This document shows, piece by piece, positions 45,263-55,600 of a stretch of DNA of 64,000 nt (the stretch's first letter is position 1; each line of letters opens with the position of its first letter). Under the pieces are notes generated by a model. It did not search any database, was not told the DNA's origin, and saw nothing but the letters and a program-made list of their open reading frames with translations. The translations under genes were made by a program, and so were the position numbers. Origin of the DNA: Gammaproteobacteria bacterium UBA6940 (GTDB taxonomy: Bacteria; Pseudomonadota; Gammaproteobacteria; Pseudomonadales; UBA6940); assembly GCA_002450655.1 (NCBI GenBank), contig DJZY01000058.1:23613-87612 (forward strand). Reading direction: 5' to 3'.

Positions 45263-45835
45263 ATGGCTTCTATTTCTACAAGTGAGTTCAGATCTGGCGT
45301 TAAAGTAATGCTTGATGGCGATCCATGCTCCATCGTTGAAAATGAATTCGTTAAACCTGGTAAAGGCCAAGCTTTCAACCGCGTTAAAATCCGTAACCTT
45401 AAAACTGGCCGTGTTCTAGATAAGACATTCAGATCAGGTGAAACTCTTGAAGCTGCAGACATTATGGATACTGATATGCAGTACCTTTACTCTGATGGTG
45501 AGTTCTACAACTTCATGGATCCAAATACATTTGAACAACTAGGTGCAACAGCTGCTGTTGTTTCTGATTCCATCAAGTGGTTGAAAGAAGAAGACACATG
45601 TACTGTAACACTTTGGAACGGTGACATTATCTCTATTACGCCTCCAAACTTTGTTGAGCTTGAGATCACAGAAACTGATCCAGGCCTTAAAGGTGATACA
45701 GCGCAAGGCGGTACTAAGCCTGCAACTCTTGTCACTGGTGCAGTTGTAAGAGTTCCTCTCTTCATCGAAATCGGTGAAGTGATCCGCGTTGATACTCGTA
45801 CTGGTGACTACGTATCTCGCGCGAGCAAGGGTTAA
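45263..45835 (+). CDS. efp: Elongation factor P
   Basis: [17 protein letters not shown]; start at ATG 45263 after AAGGA. Confidence 0.98.
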   Translation: MASISTSEFRSGVKVMLDGDPCSIVENEFVKPGKGQAFNRVKIRNLKTGRVLDKTFRSGETLEAADIMDTDMQYLYSDGEFYNFMDPNTFEQLGATAAVVSDSIKWLKEEDTCTVTLWNGDIISITPPNFVELEITETDPGLKGDTAQGGTKPATLVTGAVVRVPLFIEIGEVIRVDTRTGDYVSRASKG

Positions 45836-45866
45836 TTTCTTTAGGTGTATGACCTAATGCAAAGCC

Positions 45867-45902
45867 AACAAAAAAGAGCGACCTAGGTCGCTCTTTTTTG
45901 TT
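45867..45902. terminator. Bidirectional intrinsic terminator after efp
   Basis: AACAAAAAAGAGCGACCTAGGTCGCTCTTTTTTGTT perfect palindrome. Confidence 0.9.
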
Positions 45903-46142
45903 TTATGACTCATTGGAAGATTTACGCTTTTTAATCACAAGGTATAACAATATCGATGTTGCTATGGATATAACTGCCAAGCTAGGTATTGTTTTTTCAA
46001 AAAAGAAAATTGATATGAGCGTGTCTGTTTCATCAGAAAATTCGAACATTTCACTTTGATAAACAAGAAGACTTCTTACCACAAAAATATTAATTGCAAT
46101 ATTCAATAAAGTAAGTACCGCAGTCATAACTCTTAGTTTCAT
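45903..46142 (-). CDS. Small hypothetical two-TM membrane protein
   Basis: Two hydrophobic stretches and a basic tail (KKRK); AT-rich; ATG at 46142. Confidence 0.45.
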   Translation of the reverse strand: MKLRVMTAVLTLLNIAINIFVVRSLLVYQSEMFEFSDETDTLISIFFFEKTIPSLAVISIATSILLYLVIKKRKSSNES

Positions 46143-46243
46143 CGAGTTCACACCCCAAAACCAAATTTCTTTTTCATCATTCAAATCGCTTGTACTAGTA
46201 ATCAACCCCAGCCAGCTACGTACGAACCTAAAAAAGCTTTAAC

Positions 46244-47128
46244 TTATTGCTTTTCACCGATCGGTGCTTTACATCGCACAACTTTACCAGGCACAAGCCC
46301 TTCATATTTCACTGCATCTGGAGGTGTCAGTAAAATCACTGTTGACCCAAGCAGGAATCGACCAAACTCATCACCCTTCTCAAATACAACTTCTTCACCT
46401 TGTTGGTTTAGAGGGCTATAGTTCCAAAGAATCTCACCTGGTCTTGTGCGATATAAACCATTGAAAACAGTTTCAATGCCAGACACAATCATCGCACCTA
46501 CGAGTACCATACAGAATGGGCCATTCTCACCTTCAAAGAATGCAATTAAACGCTCATTCTTTGCAAACAAGCGCGGAATAGTTGCAGCTGTAGCACCATT
46601 AACTGAATAAAGTTTGCCTGGTACATATACAGTTTTAACAAGACGGCCAGCCATTGGCATATGCACTCGGTGATAATCACTTGGTGCTAAATAGATTGTT
46701 GCAAAATCACCATTTACATATGGCTCCCAGTCTTCTTTAGCAACTGGTAATAACTCATCTAAACGATAGTCATGATTCTTCGCCTGCATAATTCGACCAG
46801 CACTAATAGGGCCAGCTTCACTCACAGCGCCATCAGCAGGAGAAACGACAACCTTAGGATCTTCAACCATTGGTCTGGCATCTGGCTTCAGCTCACGAGT
46901 AAAAAAAGCATTAAAGCTTTCAAAGCTATGAGGATCTTCTTGTAAAGCTTCACTCATATTAATTTTTGGAAAGCTTGATTTGAAGACACTAATAAACCCA
47001 TTTTTCACAAATGGTACTTTAGAAGCTGCAAGCTTACCAATCATTGTGGATAAAAGTCGTTGTGGCACAATGGCCTGTAATGCAGCAAACAGCTGAGCTT
47101 TTGAAACCATGAACTTCATTCTCTCCAT
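46244..47128 (-). CDS. psd: Phosphatidylserine decarboxylase proenzyme
   Basis: FNAFFTRELK, SPADG, YLAPSDYHRVH, LGSTV self-cleavage site. Confidence 0.97.
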   Translation of the reverse strand: MERMKFMVSKAQLFAALQAIVPQRLLSTMIGKLAASKVPFVKNGFISVFKSSFPKINMSEALQEDPHSFESFNAFFTRELKPDARPMVEDPKVVVSPADGAVSEAGPISAGRIMQAKNHDYRLDELLPVAKEDWEPYVNGDFATIYLAPSDYHRVHMPMAGRLVKTVYVPGKLYSVNGATAATIPRLFAKNERLIAFFEGENGPFCMVLVGAMIVSGIETVFNGLYRTRPGEILWNYSPLNQQGEEVVFEKGDEFGRFLLGSTVILLTPPDAVKYEGLVPGKVVRCKAPIGEKQ

Positions 47129-47167
47129 GTATATGGTTATTGATAAGCGGCTTTAAGAACGCCAACT

Positions 47168-48034
47168 CTAATCATTCTGAATTGGCACATCAGCATTATT
47201 GCCCCACTCAGACCAAGATCCAGCATAAGCTCGAACATTAAGGCCTAGTAATCGGCACATAAGGTAACTGAGTCCGCTTCTATGATGTGTTTGACAGTAA
47301 ACAACAAATTGATTGCTCATATCACTATAAAGCGTTTGAAGCTCTGAACGAATCACATCTAATGAGCGCAAAGTGTAGTCACTATCAAGACGCATCGCAC
47401 GTGTCCATTCATAGTGCTGAGCACCAGGGATACGACCTGCACGCTGAGCGAACTGACGTACACCATTGTATTCACCAGCAGATCGAGCATCGATTAAGTT
47501 TAGAGGTTGATTTTCTTCTAATACTTTTTGAAGCTCTTCAAGCTGAATACACGGATAAGTGTTTAACTCTTCAGGTGCATCAGAGGCTTCAGGCACTTCG
47601 CGCTGCGAGCTTAATGGATAACCTGCATACATCCAAGCACGTAAGCCACCATCAATATAGACAACTTTTTCAACGCCAAGAATATCGAGGATCCAAGCCA
47701 TACGGCCTGCCCAGCCACCACCTTCATCATCATAAAGGTAGATAGTCTTACCTGAGCAAAGACCATACTCACGGGCAAGCTCTATCAATGCAGCCTTCGA
47801 TGGCATCAATCCCGTTGCATAACCATCCTGACGGACAATACGTGTCACTGGTAAATGTACCGCACCAGGCAAATGGCCTCGGGAATATGTTTGAGCCTGG
47901 CCAAGATCAAGAACAATAGCGTCCTTTAAGCCAGCTTGATAAAGCTCATAATAATCGACGACGGATATGACAGATATCTGTGTTTTAAGGTTAGGCTCCA
48001 ATGATGCGATACTCCTCAACAAAAAATGACTCAA
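47168..48034 (-). CDS. Two-domain rhodanese (thiosulfate sulfurtransferase, RhdA type)
   Basis: GHLPGA, CQTHHRS active loop, YAGSWSEW. Confidence 0.93.
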   Translation of the reverse strand: MSHFLLRSIASLEPNLKTQISVISVVDYYELYQAGLKDAIVLDLGQAQTYSRGHLPGAVHLPVTRIVRQDGYATGLMPSKAALIELAREYGLCSGKTIYLYDDEGGGWAGRMAWILDILGVEKVVYIDGGLRAWMYAGYPLSSQREVPEASDAPEELNTYPCIQLEELQKVLEENQPLNLIDARSAGEYNGVRQFAQRAGRIPGAQHYEWTRAMRLDSDYTLRSLDVIRSELQTLYSDMSNQFVVYCQTHHRSGLSYLMCRLLGLNVRAYAGSWSEWGNNADVPIQND

Positions 48035-48449
48035 TCAAATTAGAACTTTGGGGGTACTCCCCCATTGGCCTTGAGTATAATCTGACAAGCTTACCACTTT
48101 TCATATAATATTGGTGGCAAAGCAGAAAGACTTATTAAAAAAATGCTTAAAAGATGCAATTTGGACTTGCAAAAAAGCTGACTTTAATTTAGGCAATATC
48201 GCTAGCGCATCAGTGAATTTGCGGTATATGATAGTGACGCTGACTCGTTATAAGTTACGACTAAAAAGCAAGCAGAAAGTGTCTTTCTAAGACGAATAGC
48301 CAGATCTGTATCATGGAAGAATCACCTGTTGTACAGCGTGACAGGGCTGATATGCCCGAGGTTTCGTTAGCAAAAGCACCAAGTTGGCGCTACGCCATGA
48401 TTCCAAGGCTCGCCTGAATTTATTTCACAGAACTACAAGGATTTTAAGA

Positions 48450-49367
48450 ATGCATATTGGCATACTTTCTCGAAACCCAAGACTTTATTCCACAAGACGA
48501 CTTAAAGAAGCTGCTCTAAGCAGAGGCCATACCGTTGAAATTATTGATTGCCTTAAATGTTTTATCAATATCACAGCAAATGAGCCAACAGTTCACTACA
48601 AGTCCCTTAAGAAAAAGCCAACACAACTCAAGTTTGATGCCGTTATTCCACGTATTGGTGCCTCTATTACAGAGTACGGCTGTTCTGTTTTACGACAGTT
48701 TGAAGTTGGTGAGACTTATACACTGAACCAGTCTGTTGCTATTACTCGCTCAAGAGATAAGCTTCGTGCACACCAAATTCTTGCTCGCAAAGGTGTTGAA
48801 ATTCCTTTAACAAGTTATGCACATGCTGCAAATGCAACTGATGAGCTGATCGAGTTTGTTGGTGGCGCTCCACTGATTGTTAAAACAATTAAATCAACTC
48901 ATGGTAAAGGTGTTGTTCTGGCAGAAAACACAAAAATGGCAGCAGGCGTCATCAATGCGTTTAGAAACCTTGATGCAGACTTTTTAGTGCAAGAGTTTAT
49001 TCGTGAAGCCAAAGGCTCTGATATTCGCTGCTTCGTTGTTGATGATAAAGTTGTTGCTGCAATGGAGCGTACAGCTCAAGAAGGTGAATTCAGATCAAAC
49101 CTTCACCTTGGCGGTAAAGCAACTGAAGTTAAGCTCAAGCCAGAAGAACGCCAGCTTGCAGTAAAAGCTGCAAAAGTGATGGGCTTAGAAGTCGCAGGTG
49201 TTGATATTATTCGTTCTGAGAGAGGCCCGCTTGTATTGGAGGTAAACTCATCTCCTGGCCTTGAAGGGATTGAAACAACAACAGGTAAAGATGTTGCTTC
49301 CAGTATTATTGCCTATATTGAAAAAACAATTGAGCGTTGGCCAAACCGTATGCGTGAAAAAGGCTAA
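48450..49367 (+). CDS. rimK: Ribosomal protein S6 glutamate ligase (ATP-grasp)
   Basis: [46 protein letters not shown]; start at ATG 48450 after AAGGA. Confidence 0.96.
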   Translation: MHIGILSRNPRLYSTRRLKEAALSRGHTVEIIDCLKCFINITANEPTVHYKSLKKKPTQLKFDAVIPRIGASITEYGCSVLRQFEVGETYTLNQSVAITRSRDKLRAHQILARKGVEIPLTSYAHAANATDELIEFVGGAPLIVKTIKSTHGKGVVLAENTKMAAGVINAFRNLDADFLVQEFIREAKGSDIRCFVVDDKVVAAMERTAQEGEFRSNLHLGGKATEVKLKPEERQLAVKAAKVMGLEVAGVDIIRSERGPLVLEVNSSPGLEGIETTTGKDVASSIIAYIEKTIERWPNRMREKG

Positions 49368-49376
49368 TTTCAAACA

Positions 49377-49408
49377 TGAATGGCAATCCCTCAGCGTATT
49401 GCCATTCA
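49377..49408. terminator. Hairpin between convergent rimK and algH
   Basis: TGAATGGCAAT/ATTGCCATTCA inverted repeat. Confidence 0.65.
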
Positions 49409-49416
49409 ATATTTAT

Positions 49417-49986
49417 TTACGCATGCCCAACTGCACTTGAAATATGTTTAATATCAAACCCTATTTCTTTAACAGCTTCTTCCCAACGGTAATGAATTGG
49501 TAGATCAAATATTAAATCATTATTTGAAGACGCATTCAGCCATGCATTAGCGCATATCTCATCAGCAAGCTGATTCTCACCCCAGCCAGCATAACCAAGA
49601 GCAACAAAAAAACGATCTGGCCCATTGCCCTGTGCAATATCCACCAAGACCTCTCTTGATGTGGATAAGTACAAGTCTTCACCTATTTTTGTCGTACCAG
49701 CAGCATCTCGATAACTTGAGTGAAGTACAAAACCTCTCTCAACTTGTACTGGCCCACCTTTATAGACAGGAATACCTTTTAAGTTCATATCATCACAAGG
49801 AATATCAAGCTGTTCAAATAGCTCTCCAAGCTGCATGCCCATTGGTTTATTCAGCACAATACCCATTGTTGAATCAGGTTCATGATCACATATTAGAATG
49901 ACAGACTGATTGAACCAGGTTTCATGCATAGATGGCATTGCAACCAAAAACGTATTGTTAAGATGATTCATTGAGTGAATTTTCAT
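49417..49986 (-). CDS. algH: YqgE/AlgH family protein
   Basis: FLVAMP, GGPV..ERGFVLH, LGYAGW, C-terminal GHA. Confidence 0.95.
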   Translation of the reverse strand: MKIHSMNHLNNTFLVAMPSMHETWFNQSVILICDHEPDSTMGIVLNKPMGMQLGELFEQLDIPCDDMNLKGIPVYKGGPVQVERGFVLHSSYRDAAGTTKIGEDLYLSTSREVLVDIAQGNGPDRFFVALGYAGWGENQLADEICANAWLNASSNNDLIFDLPIHYRWEEAVKEIGFDIKHISSAVGHA

Positions 49987-50277
49987 TATTGATGCAAGAT
50001 CCTTGGGTTAAATAATTTGAACTTCTAGTCTCTCCAACTGTAAAACAATTATCAACACCTTTTCATTAAAAAAGTAATAGGTTTTTCAATAGCATAGAAC
50101 CTATGCACACGCCTTTCAAAAAGCGTTTAGATTAAAAAATAAGCATATAAATCAATATGTTAAATGTATAATGCACTACTACTAAAAAGCTATTTAGTTC
50201 AAACCTTACAAACAATGATCAGTTTTTAACCTACATTTCAATCCTGCAAAGGGTTATTTGAAGTTGAGATTTACGTT

Positions 50278-51444
50278 ATGCCAAGAGTACAACCTTCTTT
50301 AGTAAGACAACAAATTACAGCAAAGCAACCTACAGCGTTTTCAAGCAGTCTCAATAAAGTGCAACCATCTACCGCAACATCAAAAATTGTGCCTGCAAGA
50401 TCATTGTCAATTAAAAGCACGAAGCCATTAGATTTTCTAAAAAGCATTCAAAATGCAGGTATTCCAGGAAAACAACTGCAACATAAAATTGCTTACTTTA
50501 AGAGCCACTGCAATACAGCAAATTATTTATATGAAGTGAAAGCCCCTCTCACCTTTGATAAGAACAAACAAGACTCATTGCTCTATCGAAAAGACGAGGA
50601 AATAGCATTGCATTTAATGCTTTCTGATCAATTTAGAGATGCCGCACTGTATCGTGCTCAGCCTAAAAAACCTTCGCCCCTGATACCACCTTACTTATAT
50701 ACACATCCAGGTATGACAACACCTATAACTGTCATGACAAGTCGAAATATACGTATGTCTCGATTTGAATTGAATATTATGAACACGAGTAAAGCAAAAC
50801 CCGATCATCAGTCAGTGACTATTTCTGCAGCTGGAAACAAATGCTGGATGAGAACAGCTTGGCTCTCAATATTTTCCCAAATTCAACCCGAAGCCTTTTT
50901 ACAGCGCTTAAAAGGGTTGGGAATTGATGGAGACAAATACAAGACTCTTCTTCCACTGATTAAAGCGACTCAAAGTGCGCAATACAACCAGGTACTTACG
51001 GGACACTGCCCTCTTTCACCATTTGAATTACCAGCAGAGCTCAAACTTCCTGACGACAAGATTCTACTCAAATCTTCTCAAGCGGAAAGCCTTATTAAAG
51101 AACTCACACAGGATATTATCATCCACTCTCAAACTTATAAAAATTGCAAAACAGACAAAGAAAAAGCGCTTTTGCTTGATCCAGTTCAAAAGGATGTATT
51201 TGGAAGTGATGACATCATTTTTCTCTTAGCAGATGCTATGAATGTGCCTAGTGTTTTATTCAATAAAGCAACAAAACATACCAGCAGAAGCTTACAGATT
51301 CTTGACTCAAATCAAGACTTAATCGATAAAATGGTTGCATTTGATAAAGCTGATCGAGCTGATAGTGCCAGTGCAAAGTTAAGATCGATGCCAATTATTG
51401 TGCATGATCAAAATCATTTTAATATTTTGCTTCCTGTAAAATAA
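50278..51444 (+). CDS. Orphan protein; putative OTU-like cysteine protease (deubiquitinase) effector
   Basis: GNKC189WMR, FGSDDIIFLLADAMNVPSVL, NH380FN382ILLP at the C-terminus, DEEIALHL motif, low-complexity N-terminus; the ORF is solid, the function is inferred. Confidence 0.6.
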   Translation: MPRVQPSLVRQQITAKQPTAFSSSLNKVQPSTATSKIVPARSLSIKSTKPLDFLKSIQNAGIPGKQLQHKIAYFKSHCNTANYLYEVKAPLTFDKNKQDSLLYRKDEEIALHLMLSDQFRDAALYRAQPKKPSPLIPPYLYTHPGMTTPITVMTSRNIRMSRFELNIMNTSKAKPDHQSVTISAAGNKCWMRTAWLSIFSQIQPEAFLQRLKGLGIDGDKYKTLLPLIKATQSAQYNQVLTGHCPLSPFELPAELKLPDDKILLKSSQAESLIKELTQDIIIHSQTYKNCKTDKEKALLLDPVQKDVFGSDDIIFLLADAMNVPSVLFNKATKHTSRSLQILDSNQDLIDKMVAFDKADRADSASAKLRSMPIIVHDQNHFNILLPVK

Positions 51445-51450
51445 TTGTCA

Positions 51451-51495
51451 CATCAAGCTATTAGTATAATCACTACTACAAAAAATAGCTTGATG
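51451..51495. terminator. Hairpin between the two convergent orphan genes
   Basis: CATCAAGCTATT/AATAGCTTGATG 12-bp inverted repeat. Confidence 0.6.
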
Positions 51496-51503
51496 AATAT
51501 AAA

Positions 51504-51725
51504 CTAGATTTGGGCAGGTTTAAGAGACCTTACTTTATCCAACTCTTGAGGTAAAACGAAGAGCGTTGCATGTGATGCATAAGAACGAAAAGGACTTGAG
51601 TCTAACACCTCAATGTCACGGCCTTTTAATGAGTCCAGCGCTTGACTTACCTTGTCATCAACATGACTTGGTGGCTGTCCTAGCGGCTCTAGATTCAGCA
51701 TTGAACTGCTTGAAAGGGAAATCAT
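51504..51725 (-). CDS. Orphan 73-aa protein (MISLSSSSMLNL...)
   Basis: Strong AAGGAG upstream of ATG 51725; no family recognised. Confidence 0.5.
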   Translation of the reverse strand: MISLSSSSMLNLEPLGQPPSHVDDKVSQALDSLKGRDIEVLDSSPFRSYASHATLFVLPQELDKVRSLKPAQI

Positions 51726-52148
51726 GAGTTCTCCTTGAGTTTTGAAGTGCAAGCAAAGCACGAAATATGATGTGCTCCGATTACACAGAACAAGATCCTA
51801 TCTTGTTACTGCTTTTTAAACAGAATTAAAGTACCCTCTTTTGATAAAAGAAGAATAGCTTTTGATCAAATAAACAACAACCGTTATCTGCACTGATGTG
51901 CTCACAGAAGGGGAAATAAAAGGCTCTGTGACAAAAGATAATTTGATTTAATTTTGATCTTTTTGACTGTATTTATTGATGCTGACTCAATACTACCTAA
52001 AATAAAATTGCTTTACAATAAGCTCTAAATGGGGCTTTCAGATGATTAAGAGTATTTTATTTTGCTTTTCAAATAAAAAAGAGAAACTTGTATTACAAAT
52101 TTCTCTTTCAAATTATTCATTTTCGAGTCAGCACAACTACTGCCTTTA

Positions 52149-52640
52149 TCATCCACCTTTCATAATTTTTTGGTTCTCTCTTGCAATTGACTCTAAATAT
52201 TTTAAATCTGGTATAAAGCACTTCTCGTTTTTAAGTTTTACTTCAAGAGAAACGATATCCAGCGCACTTGATTTACTTTCATTAAAGTCGCTTGGATTAA
52301 TACGAGTTAAACGTGGCGTTTTTGTTGTTAGCACTGCATAGAATGGCAGCTCAGGTTTGGAAATAGGGTTTATCACAGCTACCCTTGCCTTTTCTAAAGA
52401 CTTAGGGTTATAAATCAAATGCTCTTTAGAGATAAACTCGTTTAAATGTAATAGCGTGATAAAAGACTGACGCCATTCTACCTGACCTATTACACCTGGA
52501 TGAGTTGGTGATTTCTCTTCGAAAAGGCCAACTTCATCAAGGGTAAATATTTCAGCAATTGACACATTTGGTAGCAAATAGGCATTATTCTGATCAGGTA
52601 ACATAATACCTAGAATTTCATCTCGTTTATTTGCACTCAT
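52149..52640 (-). CDS. chpC: CheW-like adaptor ChpC
   Basis: LLPNVSIAEI, GQVEWR; directly downstream of chpA. Confidence 0.82.
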   Translation of the reverse strand: MSANKRDEILGIMLPDQNNAYLLPNVSIAEIFTLDEVGLFEEKSPTHPGVIGQVEWRQSFITLLHLNEFISKEHLIYNPKSLEKARVAVINPISKPELPFYAVLTTKTPRLTRINPSDFNESKSSALDIVSLEVKLKNEKCFIPDLKYLESIARENQKIMKGG

Positions 52641-52650
52641 TCAAATAATC

Positions 52651-55600
52651 CTATTTCTTAATACTTAAATAATCATTGATATGATCAATAAGATCTACTT
52701 CTTGATATGGTTTGCCTAAAAACGCATTCACACCTAAAGCCTCTGCTCGCTGTCGATGCTTTTCACCAGTTCTTGAACTGATCATAATAATTGGCGTGTC
52801 TAATAAACGTGGATCATGACGAATATGCGACGCTACTTCAAAACCATCCATTCTTGGCATTTCAATATCAAGAAGAATAAGATCTGGCTTTTTATCACGC
52901 AGCTGAGTGACAGCATCAATACCATCTTTTGCAGTGAGTACATCCATACCATGGCGCTCAAGTAGTCGAGAAGTGACTTTGCGTACAGTAACCGAATCAT
53001 CAACAACCATAATCATAGGGTTAGTACTTGCATCAGTACTTTGATTCCCATCGTTATCGTAGGTTATGGATTTTTTACGTGTATTTGCCATATCATCACG
53101 AATTAATGCATTTAAATCCAAGATTAAGACAACGCTACCATCACCCATAATTGTTGCACCTGATAAGCCAACAACCTGGCTTAACTGCGATCCTGGGTTC
53201 TTCATAATAATTTCTTTTGAACCAACAAGAGTATCAACTTGAATTGCTATAGCTCTTTCAGTACTTCTGGCCAGTAAAAGCGGGACCGAACCAGTGACTT
53301 GGCTATCCGCACGCTTCGACTGCAAATAGTCACCAAGGTAATTTACTTCATACTCTTTGCCGGCATATGAGAAGGTATTTCGCTCACTATCGTAAATCGC
53401 TGACAACTCATAAGGTGAAACCCTTACAACACCTTCAATATAGGTTAAAGGAATTGCATAGGTTTCATCGCCAACACGTACCATAAGTGCACGACTCATA
53501 GAAACTGTAAATGGCAATCGAATTGTAAACTGAGTACCCACTTGAGGGGCTGCATGAAGCTTTAAGCTACCATTGAGTTGCTTAATTTCACTAAATACAA
53601 CATCCATACCGACGCCACGGCCGGAGATCTGAGTGACTTTACTTGCAGTCGAAAAACCCGGCTTAAAGATAAACTGTAGTATCTCTTTTTCAGACAGTGG
53701 CGAATCTGGCGCAAGCAATCCATTATTAATCGCTTTTTCTTTAACTTTATTAACGTCTATACCCGCACCATCATCGGAAAGACGCAATACAATTTCATTG
53801 CCTTCTCTAAAGAGGTGAAGGGTAATCTTACCCACAACAGGTTTGCCTTGCTGCTGACGAATATCAGGCATCTCAATACCATGATCAAGCGCATTTCGTA
53901 GCATATGCTCTAAAGGTGGAATCATACGCTCCAACACAGAGCGATCCATTTGACCTTCAGCATTAATAATTTCAAGCTCAGCTTGCTTACCAAGCTCTTC
54001 AGCAACCTGTCTCACCATGCGAGTCAGTCGAGGTGCTAGACGCGAAAACGGCACCATTCGAGATAGCATCAGCCCTTCGTGCAGTTCTTTCTGCACACGA
54101 GACTGCTGCATGACAAGGCCTTCAGTGGTTCTAACCTTGTCCATCATGGTGTCACGCATATCAATCAAGTCACTTGCAGCCTCAGATAAAGAACGTGCTA
54201 ACTGATGAAATGAAGAAAAACGGTCCATTTCCAAAGTATCAAAGTCTTGACCTTCATCACTGCCTTGGCCGCCATGCAATTGCATTTGACGAATATAGCT
54301 CGCAGAAATCATACGATTTTCTGTTTCGTTTTCGAAAGAGCGGATATTGTCATGAATACGGTCTAAGGTAGTGCCAAAATCATAGAAAATTCTGTTAAAA
54401 CCGAGAAGCTCCTGCTCAACACTACTACGCGCAATTACAGTCTCACCTGCTAAGTTTTCAAGCCGCTCTAAAAGCTCTGCGCCAATACGAACAACTTCAG
54501 TATTTTTACGACGCTTCGCTTGTTTCTGAGCATCTCTTGCCTTTTTAAACTGCTGCACTTCTGCAGGCTGACTCATGGACTCTTGAGGCAGCTGAGATGT
54601 TGGTTCATCCGGCGTTAAATGATTTTGTATACGCTCTAGAATATCTTGTAATGAACGGAATAAATCATCATTAAGCGCAATAACTTTACGAGTTTCTTCT
54701 GTGCTTGTAGGTGTCTTAAGGGTCTCTAAGTGACTTTCAAATAAATGGGCTTGGTTACCAAATGCAGCAAAGCCAGCAAGTCGTGCACTGCCTTTAATCG
54801 TGTGCAAGATACGTTTTAGTAAGTCCATACGAGACTCATCAATAGAGTCGTCTTCTATAGAGCCTACGCATTTTTCTAACTCTTCAACAAGCTCTTTTGA
54901 TTCTTCATAGAATATTTCTAAAATTTCTTGATCGTAATCATCCAAAGAGTCATCTGAGCTCGTCTCCGGTGAAAGTGCATTTGGATTATGCTCACTTTGA
55001 AGAGCCTCTTTCTTCTCGGAAGATGCTACTTCATCATCCTTGATCGCAATCATTTCACTTTCAGGGCGCACCTCAGCAACAGTTAAAGCCACTGATTCTT
55101 CCGTAGGCTCTGGGGAAGAATTAAGCTCAGATTGAAGCCTAATCGCTGCTTCTACTGAATCGGTATCAGACTCTTCTGCTGGTTGTTCACCGACATCGAA
55201 GTTAATTGGATCTTCATCTTGAAGAGCACTCGGTGAAGTCTCTTCTTCAACAAAGTCAGCAATAGGTCGATTTGGTGTTGCTACAACCTTAATAATATCG
55301 TCGTCTTCAGTAGGATCAGTATTAGGCTCTACAACCTGATGATGATCATCAGTAGTATCTGCTGGCTCACCCTGCGTTAACCATTGATTAACATCATCTA
55401 TAAATTGGCGAGTATCAGCAGCAAAAACTTCTAACTCGGGTCCAACATTAACAATAGAGTCCTTAGGGATATGCTCAATATGCTTTTCAAGAGCTTGAGC
55501 AGCATCACCTATTGCACCCAAACCTGCAAGGCGAGAGCCACCTTTTAACGTATGCGCAATCCTAAGGGACTGAAGATGAATTTCTTCAATTGGCTCATCA

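Noticed and set aside
48290-48420. ZTP or guanidine (ykkC) riboswitch upstream of rimK
   Set aside because: Only fragments (CGCCTG, GCCCGAGG) resemble the consensus; the required 5' conserved elements are absent
48313-49367. Graspetide (microviridin-like) RiPP: small ORF with KAPSW next to an ATP-grasp ligase
   Set aside because: The ligase is a canonical RimK, and the peptide lacks the acidic acceptor residues of TxKxPSD cores, a leader motif and an RBS
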